Of a stretch of 64,000 bases of DNA, positions 8,558 through 17,658 are shown piece after piece (within the stretch, counting starts at the first letter, position 1; each line of letters begins with the position of its first letter). The notes below the pieces were generated by a model, which was not told where the DNA came from, made no database searches, and worked only from the letters and a program-made list of their open reading frames with translations. A program made the translations under genes and the position numbers. This stretch comes from Sedimentisphaerales bacterium (lineage in GTDB: Bacteria > Planctomycetota > Phycisphaerae > Sedimentisphaerales > SM23-30): the NCBI GenBank assembly GCA_963662515.1, contig OY759675.1, forward strand, positions 302,405 through 366,404, given 5' to 3'.

Positions 8558-9739
8558 ATGCAGAAATGGATCGTTCTGGCGGCCGGCGTGATCTTACAGA
8601 TGGTATTGGGTAGTGTTTATGCCTGGAGTGCCTTTGTTCCTTTTTTGAAAAATGATCATGGATTAAGCAGTAGTGAGTGTAGTTTAATTTTTGGTGTTAC
8701 CATAGCCACATTTACAGTGGTAATGATCCCGGCGGGTCGAATGCTGGGCCGTTACGGAGCCAGACCAGTGGCTGCTGTAGGGTCAGTGTTATTTTTTTTG
8801 GGATATTTAGTGGCTTCATACTCAGGGGGCAGTTATCCAGTTTTATTGACAGGAATAGGCTTGATAACAGGAATGGGAATAGGGGCTGGCTATGTATGTC
8901 CTCTAACCGTAGGTATGAAATGGTTCCCGGATAATAAGGGTCTGGTAACTGGTGTAGCAGTAGCGGGGTTTGGTGGTGGCGCTATTGTTTTGAGCAGTCT
9001 GGCAGAGTATATGCTGGACATGCATGACGGTGATGTCCTTATGTCATTCAGGGTTTTAGGGCTGGCATTAGGGGGAGTGGCATTTTTAGCCAGTATGTTT
9101 TTGAGTGAGCCAAAGTGTATAGTCAGATGTCAGGCTTCTGATGTCAAAAATATGTCGATCAAGCCATATTTGGCTACCAGGTCATTTTGGCTGTTGTGTC
9201 TGGGTATGTTTGCCGGTACTTTTGCCGGTCTTTTGACTATAGCCAATCTGCACCCATTGATCCATAATATGGGTTTTAATAATATGGTGGCTACTCTGGG
9301 TATATCGACCTTTGCTCTGGGTAATTCCCTGGGGCGTATATTGTGGGGTCAATTTGCCGATAAGTATGGTAGTAGCAAGATCTTAATAATATCAACATTA
9401 TGGCTGGCAATTTCCTTATTGCCTCTGACTGTCAGTCAGAGTTCCAGTGGTTTGCTGCTGGTAATGACAACGGCAGCAGGTATTGGTTTTGGTGGTTGTT
9501 TTGTGGTCTATGCTTCCTGCATTGTGCAGAGGTATGGAACAGAGTTTTTCCCTCGCTTGTACCCGGTTTGTTTTCTGGGTTATGGCTTTGCCGGTTTGGT
9601 GGGCCCAGTGATTGGTGGAGCGATAGCAGATGTTACGGGTTCATTTAACTGGGGTATCTGGTTGGGTGTGTTGCTGGTGTTTGTGGTATTGATAATCCGT
9701 CTGTCAATTAATTATTTCGAGCAGAAAGAAAAATCTTAA
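8558..9739 (+). CDS. MFS transporter, OFA/MCT-like (oxalate:formate antiporter family)
   Basis: About 12 hydrophobic segments; LGSVYAWSAF, GIGAGYVCP, KWFPDNKGLVTGVAVAGFGGG. Confidence 0.85.
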   Translation: MQKWIVLAAGVILQMVLGSVYAWSAFVPFLKNDHGLSSSECSLIFGVTIATFTVVMIPAGRMLGRYGARPVAAVGSVLFFLGYLVASYSGGSYPVLLTGIGLITGMGIGAGYVCPLTVGMKWFPDNKGLVTGVAVAGFGGGAIVLSSLAEYMLDMHDGDVLMSFRVLGLALGGVAFLASMFLSEPKCIVRCQASDVKNMSIKPYLATRSFWLLCLGMFAGTFAGLLTIANLHPLIHNMGFNNMVATLGISTFALGNSLGRILWGQFADKYGSSKILIISTLWLAISLLPLTVSQSSSGLLLVMTTAAGIGFGGCFVVYASCIVQRYGTEFFPRLYPVCFLGYGFAGLVGPVIGGAIADVTGSFNWGIWLGVLLVFVVLIIRLSINYFEQKEKS

Positions 9740-9829
9740 TGATTTTTATCAGTTATGCTAAGTGTAAGGTTTATAGTGTTTATTATTGCCGGAGAAGCGT
9801 TTAAGTGAATGTGCAATAATAAGGATATC

Positions 9830-9858
9830 TTGACTTGGCGGGTATTTCCCTTTAAAAT
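9830..9858 (+). promoter_or_regulatory. Sigma70-type promoter upstream of purF
   Basis: TTGACT 9830-9835, 17 nt, TAAAAT 9853-9858. Confidence 0.55.
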
Positions 9859-9967
9859 GTCGCCCTTGGCAAGTAGTGATGCTGTCATGCTTAACTTTAT
9901 ATAACAATAGTGAGATAAAAGAGTTAAGATATAACCTACATCTCTTTCGATACAGCAAGAGGAATAA

Positions 9968-11443
9968 ATGCACGAACATAGTGACCAGTCAGCCACGGAC
10001 CATGGTGTGGTGATAAGCGGGCCGGATAAAAAGGAAAACTGCGGGGTGGTAGGCATATACGGTCATCCCAGTGCTACAGATCTTTGTGTGCTGGCAATGC
10101 ATGCCTTACAGCACCGAGGTCAGGAGTCAGCGGGAATAGCGGTAAGTAATGGCGAGGATATTCGCGGTCATGTGGGAATGGGTCTGGTTTCAGATGTGTT
10201 TCCTAAAGAGCAGCAGCAGAAGATGACGACCTGGGGAGATACAGCAATTGGTCATGTTCGTTATTCAACGGCGGGTTCGAGCAATATAGCCAATGCCCAG
10301 CCGATGCTGGTGGAGTATTCTCTTGGTCAGATGGCCCTGGCGCATAATGGCAATCTGGTAAATGCCATGTTATTGCGAGATGAGTATGAGGCTCATGGTC
10401 ATATATTCAAAGGGACAAGTGATACAGAGGTGATAATTCATCTGCTGGCCAAGCCGACGCATATATCCAAGCCAGATACATTTGCCCATGTATGTCGTCA
10501 TTTGCAGGGCTCGTTTTGTCTGTTATTATTGACTCCGGATAAGATCGAGGCTGCCCGTGATGCCAGAGGCATAAGGCCGTTATGTATAGGCAGATTTGCT
10601 AATGGCGGTTATATAATAGCTTCTGAGACTTGTGCCCTTGATATAGTAGATGCTGAACTGGTGCGTGAGGTAGAGCCCGGCGAAATAGTAACTATAGATA
10701 AGAACGGATTAAGAAGTCGCTTCTATGAGCAGCCAGGTACAGTAAAGCCGGCCCATTGTATCTTTGAGCAGGTTTATTTTGCTAATCCTTCGAGTATGGT
10801 CTTTGGCGAGAATGTACATAATGTTCGCCTGGCAATGGGTCGCCAGTTGGCGCGTGAGGCTGGTGTAGATGCCGATATAGTTGTGCCTGTTCCAAATTGT
10901 GCAACATGTGCCGCTCAGGGTTATGCCCAGGAAAGCGGCATACCATATGACCGCGGTTTTACGGTGAGTCATTATGCCGGTCGCAGTTTTATCGAGCCAG
11001 AGCAGCCTATGCGAGATCTGGCTGTAAAGATGAAGCTTAATGTTATCCGTGAGGTAGTAGAGGGTAAACGGGTAATAGTAATAGAAGATTCTATAGTTCG
11101 CGGTACAACGACTCGCGGCAAGATGAGTGCATTGCGTCGTGCCGGAGCCAAGGAGATCCATCTGCGTGTGGCCTCACCGCCGATCAAGAATCCTTGTTTT
11201 TATGGAATCGATTTCCCCAGTAAGAAAGAGCTGATCGCCAATGAGCGTTCTGTGGAAGAGATAGCCAAATATCTGGGAATAGATTCTCTGCATTATATAT
11301 CGCTGGAGGGAATGCTCGGTTGTGTGAGTAAGCCGGCTGACCATTATTGTAATGCCTGCTGGTCGGGTAAATATCCGATCTCAGTAGATGAAATAGTAAC
11401 TCGTTATTCTCAAGATCGGTTTCAGAAGAAGTTATTTGAATGA
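9968..11443 (+). CDS. purF: Amidophosphoribosyltransferase (propeptide- and Fe-S-type)
   Basis: CGVVG, LQHRGQESAG, GHVRYST, AHNGN, DSIVRGTT; cluster Cys in HCIFE, PCFYG, YCNAC. Confidence 0.96.
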   Translation: MHEHSDQSATDHGVVISGPDKKENCGVVGIYGHPSATDLCVLAMHALQHRGQESAGIAVSNGEDIRGHVGMGLVSDVFPKEQQQKMTTWGDTAIGHVRYSTAGSSNIANAQPMLVEYSLGQMALAHNGNLVNAMLLRDEYEAHGHIFKGTSDTEVIIHLLAKPTHISKPDTFAHVCRHLQGSFCLLLLTPDKIEAARDARGIRPLCIGRFANGGYIIASETCALDIVDAELVREVEPGEIVTIDKNGLRSRFYEQPGTVKPAHCIFEQVYFANPSSMVFGENVHNVRLAMGRQLAREAGVDADIVVPVPNCATCAAQGYAQESGIPYDRGFTVSHYAGRSFIEPEQPMRDLAVKMKLNVIREVVEGKRVIVIEDSIVRGTTTRGKMSALRRAGAKEIHLRVASPPIKNPCFYGIDFPSKKELIANERSVEEIAKYLGIDSLHYISLEGMLGCVSKPADHYCNACWSGKYPISVDEIVTRYSQDRFQKKLFE

Positions 11444-11447
11444 TGTA

Positions 11448-11573
11448 GAGACGCATGGTTATGCGTCTTGGAATATTCAAGCCGGGCGTGAATAGGGTTG
11501 AGCATATTTTATAAATATTCCAGCCAAAACAATAGATGTTTGCCCGAAAATGAGACACATGATTATGCGTCTT
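11448..11573. promoter_or_regulatory. Pair of near-identical 20-bp palindromes upstream of dnaA
   Basis: AGACGCAT-GGTT-ATGCGTCT (11449-11468) and AGACACAT-GATT-ATGCGTCT (11553-11572). Confidence 0.7.
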
Positions 11574-11597
11574 TACAAAATATAAAGGACTACCCCT

Positions 11598-12926
11598 TTG
11601 GGTGAAGTATTAACAAATATATGGGACAAGATCCTGCGAACTTTTCAGCAGGAATATAATGCACTCTGGCGTCATTGGTTTGAGCAGTTGGAGCCATTAA
11701 GTCTTGATGGTGGTATATTGCGAATCGGGGTTGCTGAGGAGTCATGGCGTCAGTATCTCAGTTTGCGTTGCAGCGGCGGTCTTACCAGTGCCGCCCAGCG
11801 TATAACGGGTCATTTTGTGACGATCGAATATGCGATGCCGGGCGAGCGGACAGATGCCGACCGTCGCCAGACCAGCGAGCAGGCGGTAGTGCTTGATGCC
11901 AGTGAGATAACTTATTTCAATCCGGATTATACTTTTGATAATTTTGTGGTAGGTCCCAGTAATCGTTTGGCCCATGCTGCCTGTGTGGCGGTGAGTGAGT
12001 CGCCGGGTGAGACCTATAATCCGCTGTTCATTCACGGTTCGGTAGGACTGGGTAAGACCCATATTATGCAGGCTGCCTGTCAGGCATTGAAAAAACGCAA
12101 TCCGGCCTCAAAGATATTGTATCTTACCTGTGAGACATTTGTAAATGATTTTGTGCGTGCCTTGCGTCAGGGTGATCTGTATGATTTTCGGTATAAATAT
12201 CGTTATGTCGATGTACTGGTAATTGACGATATACAGTTCCTTACCGAAAAGGAGCAGTCGCAGGAAGAGTTTTTCCATACTTTCAATAGTCTGTACCAGA
12301 GTCGCAAGCAGATCATCATTTCAGCAGATAGTCCGCCGTCGGAAATACCCAAGCTGGAAGATCGCCTGATAAGTCGATTTAATCAGGGTTTGGTTACCCG
12401 CATAGATAACCCGGCTTTTGAAACGAGAATGGCCATCTTATACAATAAGGCCGCTCTGCGAGGCATAAATCCGCCAGAAGATGTTATCAGTTTTATTGCC
12501 GAGCGTATCACCAGTAATACTCGTGAGCTGGAAGGAGCATTGACTAAGGTTTACGGTTATGCAATGCTGGGCGATGGTAAGATCACAATGGAGCTGGCGC
12601 GTCAGGCATTAGGAGTAGAGTCTATTCCTCGTCATTCGCAGGTAACTATATCTCAGATCATAGATGCCGTTACCACTCATTTTAATGTTAAGCTCAGTGA
12701 CTTGCAGGGCAAGCGTCGCAGTCGGAGTATAGCGTATCCGCGTCAGATATGTATGTACCTGGCGCGTGAGCTCACCCGGCATAGCCTGGAGGAGATCGGC
12801 GGCCATTTCGGCGGTCGTGACCATACAACGGTGATGCATTCATGCCGGAACATTGATAATCTCTGTGATCATGACCCGCAAGTGCGTGACCTGGTAGATT
12901 CACTGGTGGCGAGCCTGACGAAATAA
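11598..12926 (+). CDS. dnaA: Chromosomal replication initiator DnaA (TTG start)
   Basis: YTFDNFVVGPSN, YNPLFIHGSVGLGKTH, DDIQFL, RELEGAL, IGGHFGGRDHTTVMHS. Confidence 0.97.
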   Translation: MGEVLTNIWDKILRTFQQEYNALWRHWFEQLEPLSLDGGILRIGVAEESWRQYLSLRCSGGLTSAAQRITGHFVTIEYAMPGERTDADRRQTSEQAVVLDASEITYFNPDYTFDNFVVGPSNRLAHAACVAVSESPGETYNPLFIHGSVGLGKTHIMQAACQALKKRNPASKILYLTCETFVNDFVRALRQGDLYDFRYKYRYVDVLVIDDIQFLTEKEQSQEEFFHTFNSLYQSRKQIIISADSPPSEIPKLEDRLISRFNQGLVTRIDNPAFETRMAILYNKAALRGINPPEDVISFIAERITSNTRELEGALTKVYGYAMLGDGKITMELARQALGVESIPRHSQVTISQIIDAVTTHFNVKLSDLQGKRRSRSIAYPRQICMYLARELTRHSLEEIGGHFGGRDHTTVMHSCRNIDNLCDHDPQVRDLVDSLVASLTK

Positions 12927-12972
12927 GCCTGACTATTTCAATGTTTAAATACTGAACATGGGGGAAGGTATT

Positions 12973-14157
12973 ATGAGTCTTAGTGAAATGACATCTGACA
13001 AACAATATCGCCAGTGGCTCATCGATATTAAGCAGCGGATCCGGAACGCCCAGATCAAGGCAGCCGTAGCAGTCAATTCAGCTCTGGTCGAGTTTTACTG
13101 GTCGTTGGGTGAGGATATTGTCCGGAAGCAGGAGCAGGCCGTCTGGGGTAGCGGTTTTTTGCAGCAGTTAAGCAAAGACCTTATGGCAGAATTCCCGGAA
13201 ATGAAAGGGCTGTCGTATAGAAATCTAAGAACGGTTAAGGCATGGTATATCTTTTATTCACAAGGAGATATAATTGGGAAACAACTTGCTTCCCAATTGG
13301 ATGGCCCAGATTTTAACCAGAACAAAACTGCCTGTAAGTTGGAAAATCCATCTGATGATATAATTTGGCCACAACTTGCTGCCAAATTGGACGGCCCAAT
13401 TGCGAAGCAAGTTGCTTCGCAATTAGCTCAGATACCTTGGGGGCACAATATTGCAATCGTCCAGAAATGTGATACGGTGAAAAAAGCACTGTTTTATGTG
13501 CAAATGACAGTAGAGCATAACTGGTCGCGCAGTGTACTGGTTCACCAGATAGAGTCGGGGTTATACGAGCGGCAGGGCAAGGCTATTACTAATTTCAGTA
13601 ATACGCTGCCCGCTCCGATGTCTGACCTGGCCAGAGAGATAATTAAAGATCCGTACAATCTGGATTTTCTCACTCTGGCTAATGATTACAGTGAGCGTGA
13701 ACTGGAAAATGGACTGACGGACCATCTGTCCCGTTTTTTACTGGAGCTTGGTGCCGGGTTTGCTTATGTGGGTAAGCAGGTTCCGCTACAGGTAGGTCAG
13801 CGAGAGTTTTTTCTGGACTTGCTTTTCTATCACATTCGTCTGCATTGTTATGTTGTGATAGAACTGAAGGTGGTGGAATTTGAGCCGGAACATGCCGGGA
13901 AGCTGAATTTCTATATCAAGGCGATAGATGAGCAGTTGCGGGGCGAAGGTGATAAAGCAACTATTGGTATTCTGCTATGTAAGGGCAAGGATAAGGTGGT
14001 GGTTGAATACGCTCTCAGTCAGATCAATAGCCCGATAGGGGTTTCTGATTACCAGCTTACACAGGCTTTGCCAGATGAGCTAAAGTCAAGTCTGCCAACT
14101 ATAGAGCAGATCGAGGCGGAATTCAGTAAACAAGAAAATGAGGATAAAGGAATATGA
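12973..14157 (+). CDS. YhcG/DUF1016 PD-(D/E)xK nuclease-domain protein
   Basis: VNSALVEFYWSLG, IPWGHNIAI, WSRSVL..QI, KDPYNLDFL, LLELGAGFAYVGKQ, DLLFYH...CYVVIELK, GKLNFY. Confidence 0.92.
   Translation: MSLSEMTSDKQYRQWLIDIKQRIRNAQIKAAVAVNSALVEFYWSLGEDIVRKQEQAVWGSGFLQQLSKDLMAEFPEMKGLSYRNLRTVKAWYIFYSQGDIIGKQLASQLDGPDFNQNKTACKLENPSDDIIWPQLAAKLDGPIAKQVASQLAQIPWGHNIAIVQKCDTVKKALFYVQMTVEHNWSRSVLVHQIESGLYERQGKAITNFSNTLPAPMSDLAREIIKDPYNLDFLTLANDYSERELENGLTDHLSRFLLELGAGFAYVGKQVPLQVGQREFFLDLLFYHIRLHCYVVIELKVVEFEPEHAGKLNFYIKAIDEQLRGEGDKATIGILLCKGKDKVVVEYALSQINSPIGVSDYQLTQALPDELKSSLPTIEQIEAEFSKQENEDKGI
13272..13424. repeat. Three 27-bp in-frame palindromes inside the DUF1016 gene
   Basis: 13272-13298, 13362-13388 and 13398-13424; pattern AATT-N6-CAA-N-TTG-N6-AATT, with 12/13, 11/13 and 13/13 arm pairs. 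Confidence 0.9.
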
Positions 14158-14771
14158 AGATAATCAAATTTCTGGCTGTGTCGATTTCGTTAATGCTTTT
14201 GGTAGCAGGTTGCGGGTCGGCGGGTAAGTGTCCCGTGTTTTCGTCTGATAATGTGGTAAATACGGTATTTGGTGATATGCGGGTTAAGACCGATCTGCCC
14301 CAGAACTGGGTCAAGATAAGAGAAACTATTGGGGCAGTTCATGTCCTTATTTATACTGTTCTGGCAAGTGAACAGCCATCAGCCCAAAATGATGCTCAGG
14401 CCTTTTTTAAGGCTCAGGGATGCGATGCCAGAATGGAGCTGGATATGTACAAGGATTATATTTTATTTGGTAAGGAGTTTACGCCCGAAAGCGGCAATTT
14501 CATACTCGTCTCAGAGCGGGTCAATGATAATTACTGGCGTATCAAATGGCAGGGTAAAGGTCCGGATCATGATTATCTGATCTGGGACATTATCGGAGTC
14601 AAAGATGAAGTAGCTTTGCATATTCGGTTGACCTGTCCGATGATTGATGAGTATGAGCCGTTTGCCGACAGGCTCCAGTGTGATCTGGATCAGATATTCA
14701 ACACGCTGGATATTGTTCCGCCGACGGAGGAGACTGCTCCGCCAGCAGACACTGTGTCAGAAAACGCTTAG
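14154..14771 (+). CDS. Hypothetical lipoprotein
   Basis: MKIIKFLAVSISLMLLVAG-C lipobox; ATGA overlap with the upstream gene. Confidence 0.7.
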   Translation: MKIIKFLAVSISLMLLVAGCGSAGKCPVFSSDNVVNTVFGDMRVKTDLPQNWVKIRETIGAVHVLIYTVLASEQPSAQNDAQAFFKAQGCDARMELDMYKDYILFGKEFTPESGNFILVSERVNDNYWRIKWQGKGPDHDYLIWDIIGVKDEVALHIRLTCPMIDEYEPFADRLQCDLDQIFNTLDIVPPTEETAPPADTVSENA

Positions 14772-14805
14772 CAGATTCGGACCATCTAAACGATCAGAGG
14801 AATAT

Positions 14806-16596
14806 ATGGCTCAGACAGAAAGAGATAAAAAATATAAGTCAGGGGCGGGTAAGAGTTCGTTTTTACGAGCCTGTATTTTACCGCTGCTGAGTATGGCCCT
14901 GCTCTGGAGCAGTCAGGAGCCGCTGGGGTGGAGCCTGTGCAGTTGGTTTGCCTTAGTGCCCTGGCTGATAGCTTCAGTTCGTAATGAGCGATATATCCAG
15001 TCGGCGATGGTTAACCTGGTATGTGGTACGGTATATTTTGTGATCAGTCTGTTGTGGCTGTCCAATGTGACGGCAGCAGGTATGGCAGGTCTGTCAGTTT
15101 ATCTGTCATTGTACATTGTTCTTTCAGGTTTTATTTTGCGCCGGGTTTATGTAACGACCAGTTGGTGGTTCATGCTGACTTTACCGTTGATATGGGTCAC
15201 TCAGGAGTATTTGCGAGCAACGGTAATGACGGGTTTCCCCTGGTTGTTTATCTCTCATGCCCTGATCGATAATACTAATCTTGTGCAGATAGCTGATATC
15301 TGCGGTGCTTATGGTGTAACTTTTCTGGCAGTAATGATAAATGGTTTTATTGCTGATCTGCTGTTGCGTTCCCAGTTTCGGTGTAAGCCCGGAACTGATA
15401 AGCGTGTGAATCTTTTACTGGCAAGATCTTTTGTAGTGCTGGTTATATTTATCAGCGTCTATTGCTATGGTATGTATCGCAATCATGAGTCAGGGCATAC
15501 CATGACAGCTGGTCCGGTAGTGGCGGTTGTTCAGGAAGCGATACCACAGTATGTCAAAGAGTCTGGCGGCAGCAGTATTCAGGAGATAATAGACCGGCAT
15601 ATAGAGCTTACCCATCAGGCTTGTGCCGGTGTGGTTAAGCCCGAGCTGGTAGTATGGCCTGAGACTATGGTCCTTAATGCGATCAATGATGAATTTCTGG
15701 CTCTGGCAGATTACAGGGAAATGTTTGTCAGTGCATTTCAATCTGACATTGACGACTCGTTAGCTACAGACCGGGCATTATCTTCGCTGGCAGCTCAGTA
15801 TAATGTAGCCTTGCTGATCGGTACTCCCGGCGTGCTTTTGGATTTCAATGCAGATAAGAGTGAGTTGGTGAATAATGGCAGAACAAATTCGGCAATAATG
15901 TATAATCCCGATGGATCACGCAGCAGCTTGCGTTATGATAAGATGCACCGTGTGCCTTTTGGTGAGTATGTCCCTTTTAAAGAGAGTTTTCCCTGGCTTA
16001 ATCGCCTGCTGCTGAAGTTCACACCTTATGGCTATGATTACAGTATTAACGCTGGAGTTAAGCCGGTGAAATTTACTTTTACCGCTTCAGATGGCAGTGA
16101 ATATTCTTTTACCGTGGCTATTTGTTATGAAGATGTTACCCCGGTTGCGGCAGGGTATCTGGCCAACTGGGATAATACCGATTTTATGCTCAACATAAGT
16201 AATGATGGCTGGTTTGTAAATGAGCGGGCAGGTAAGATCGAGCCAACTGCTGAGCTGATGCAGCATCTGGCAATAAGCCGCTATCGGGCCATTGAACACC
16301 GTATCGGCATAGCCCGGTCTGTTAACTGTGGCGTTAGTGCCATGGTCAGGCCCGATGGTTCAGTGCAGAGTGCTCCTCTGTCAGCCAGTTTGCCGGCATC
16401 TGATATAAGGGCCCGCCGCTGTGTCGCTGGATATATTACCGACCATGTCTGGCTAGACAGCCGTAAAACAATATATAGCAGGGCAGGCGATGCTTTTGCT
16501 CTTTGCTGTACCGTATTGACCGGATTGATAACAGTAATTACACTGAAAAGAAAAAGCAGATTAAATAACAGAGGCGTTCAACTGACGCAGAATTGA
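14806..16596 (+). CDS. lnt: Apolipoprotein N-acyltransferase
   Basis: Start revised to ATG 14806 (GAGGA upstream). TGFPW, VVWPET, YDKMHRVPFGEYVP, ICYED, NISNDGWF, YRAIEHR...RSVNCGVS. Confidence 0.92.
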   Translation: MAQTERDKKYKSGAGKSSFLRACILPLLSMALLWSSQEPLGWSLCSWFALVPWLIASVRNERYIQSAMVNLVCGTVYFVISLLWLSNVTAAGMAGLSVYLSLYIVLSGFILRRVYVTTSWWFMLTLPLIWVTQEYLRATVMTGFPWLFISHALIDNTNLVQIADICGAYGVTFLAVMINGFIADLLLRSQFRCKPGTDKRVNLLLARSFVVLVIFISVYCYGMYRNHESGHTMTAGPVVAVVQEAIPQYVKESGGSSIQEIIDRHIELTHQACAGVVKPELVVWPETMVLNAINDEFLALADYREMFVSAFQSDIDDSLATDRALSSLAAQYNVALLIGTPGVLLDFNADKSELVNNGRTNSAIMYNPDGSRSSLRYDKMHRVPFGEYVPFKESFPWLNRLLLKFTPYGYDYSINAGVKPVKFTFTASDGSEYSFTVAICYEDVTPVAAGYLANWDNTDFMLNISNDGWFVNERAGKIEPTAELMQHLAISRYRAIEHRIGIARSVNCGVSAMVRPDGSVQSAPLSASLPASDIRARRCVAGYITDHVWLDSRKTIYSRAGDAFALCCTVLTGLITVITLKRKSRLNNRGVQLTQN

Positions 16597-16600
16597 AAAG

Positions 16601-17626
16601 ATGAAACCGATACTAGACTACAACATAGATGATATTACCAATTTACTGATCTCACTTAAGCAGCCAAAGTTCCGGGCTGGTCAGATTGCCAAATGGCTCT
16701 TTACTGAGCGTGTGAGTTCTTTTGAACAAATGACTAATCTGTCTAAGGAATTGCGGCAGATGCTCACGAGCGAATATATGGTTCGCAGTGGTGAGATAGT
16801 TAATACTGTTATTTGTCGTGATGGCACAAAGAAGTTTCTGATAAAGTGGCCTGACGGCGTATTGACCGAGACGGTGTTAATGGAATATCATGATCGCAAT
16901 ACGGTATGTATTTCAACTCAGTCTGGCTGTCCGGTTCGATGTGCGTTCTGTGCTTCCGGTATAAATGGCCTTACTCGCAGTCTGACGGCAGGGGAGATAA
17001 TTGAGCAGGTAATAATTGCGGCAGAGTCGCTGGGCGAGCAGCGGTTAAATAATGTAGTGATCATGGGTATGGGCGAACCATTTGCTAATTATGCGAATGT
17101 AGCCCGGGCGATAAAGACCATGAATGCCGACTGGGGTATGAATATAGGCTCCCGTCATATTACTCTCAGTACGATAGGCATACCAGACCGGATAATTCAG
17201 TTTGCTCATGATTTTCCGCAGATCACTCTGGCGGTTAGTCTTCATGCCCCTAATGATAAGCTGCGGGCAGAGTTGATCCCCTGGGCGGTCAATTTCCCCA
17301 TGCGTGACATTCTTACTGCCATTGACGATTATTATGAGATCACTCATCGGGAAGTTACTATTGAGTATGTAATGCTTGATGGTGTTAATTCACTGCCTAA
17401 ACATGCTGAGGCTCTGGCCAAACTGCTGCGTCCATACCGGATAAATGTAAATCTGATCAATTATAATACGGTAAGCGAAACTGGCCATAAGCCAGCCCAT
17501 GAGAACGCCGTAAATAACTTTATGGAGATACTCAAAGACAGGGGTATAAATGTTCATCTGCGTCAGTCAAAGGGCATAGACATTAATGCCGCCTGCGGTC
17601 AGTTGCGTAATAGCCATAACCAGTGA
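16601..17626 (+). CDS. rlmN: 23S rRNA (adenine2503-C2)-methyltransferase, radical SAM
   Basis: CISTQSGCPVRCAFC, MGMGEP, SLHAPND, INAACGQL. Confidence 0.95.
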   Translation: MKPILDYNIDDITNLLISLKQPKFRAGQIAKWLFTERVSSFEQMTNLSKELRQMLTSEYMVRSGEIVNTVICRDGTKKFLIKWPDGVLTETVLMEYHDRNTVCISTQSGCPVRCAFCASGINGLTRSLTAGEIIEQVIIAAESLGEQRLNNVVIMGMGEPFANYANVARAIKTMNADWGMNIGSRHITLSTIGIPDRIIQFAHDFPQITLAVSLHAPNDKLRAELIPWAVNFPMRDILTAIDDYYEITHREVTIEYVMLDGVNSLPKHAEALAKLLRPYRINVNLINYNTVSETGHKPAHENAVNNFMEILKDRGINVHLRQSKGIDINAACGQLRNSHNQ

Positions 17627-17658
17627 GCCAGTCAAGGCTGGTTATGGTTGAAAAGACT

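Noticed and set aside
9859-9967. Purine, ZTP or PRPP riboswitch in the purF leader
   Set aside because: Only a weak AT-rich hairpin; none of the conserved cores recognised.
13272-13424. Palindromic repeats read as a mini CRISPR array
   Set aside because: Units are in-frame within a CDS, are not identical, have 63- and 9-nt gaps, and no cas genes are present. Kept as a separate finding instead.
14644-14805. N-terminal extension of the lnt ORF overlapping the lipoprotein gene (similar extensions on the 5191, 12958, 34970, 37428 and 55310 ORFs)
   Set aside because: Downstream ATGs have SD sequences and/or match where the family or signal peptide begins; no sign of frameshifting or fusion.
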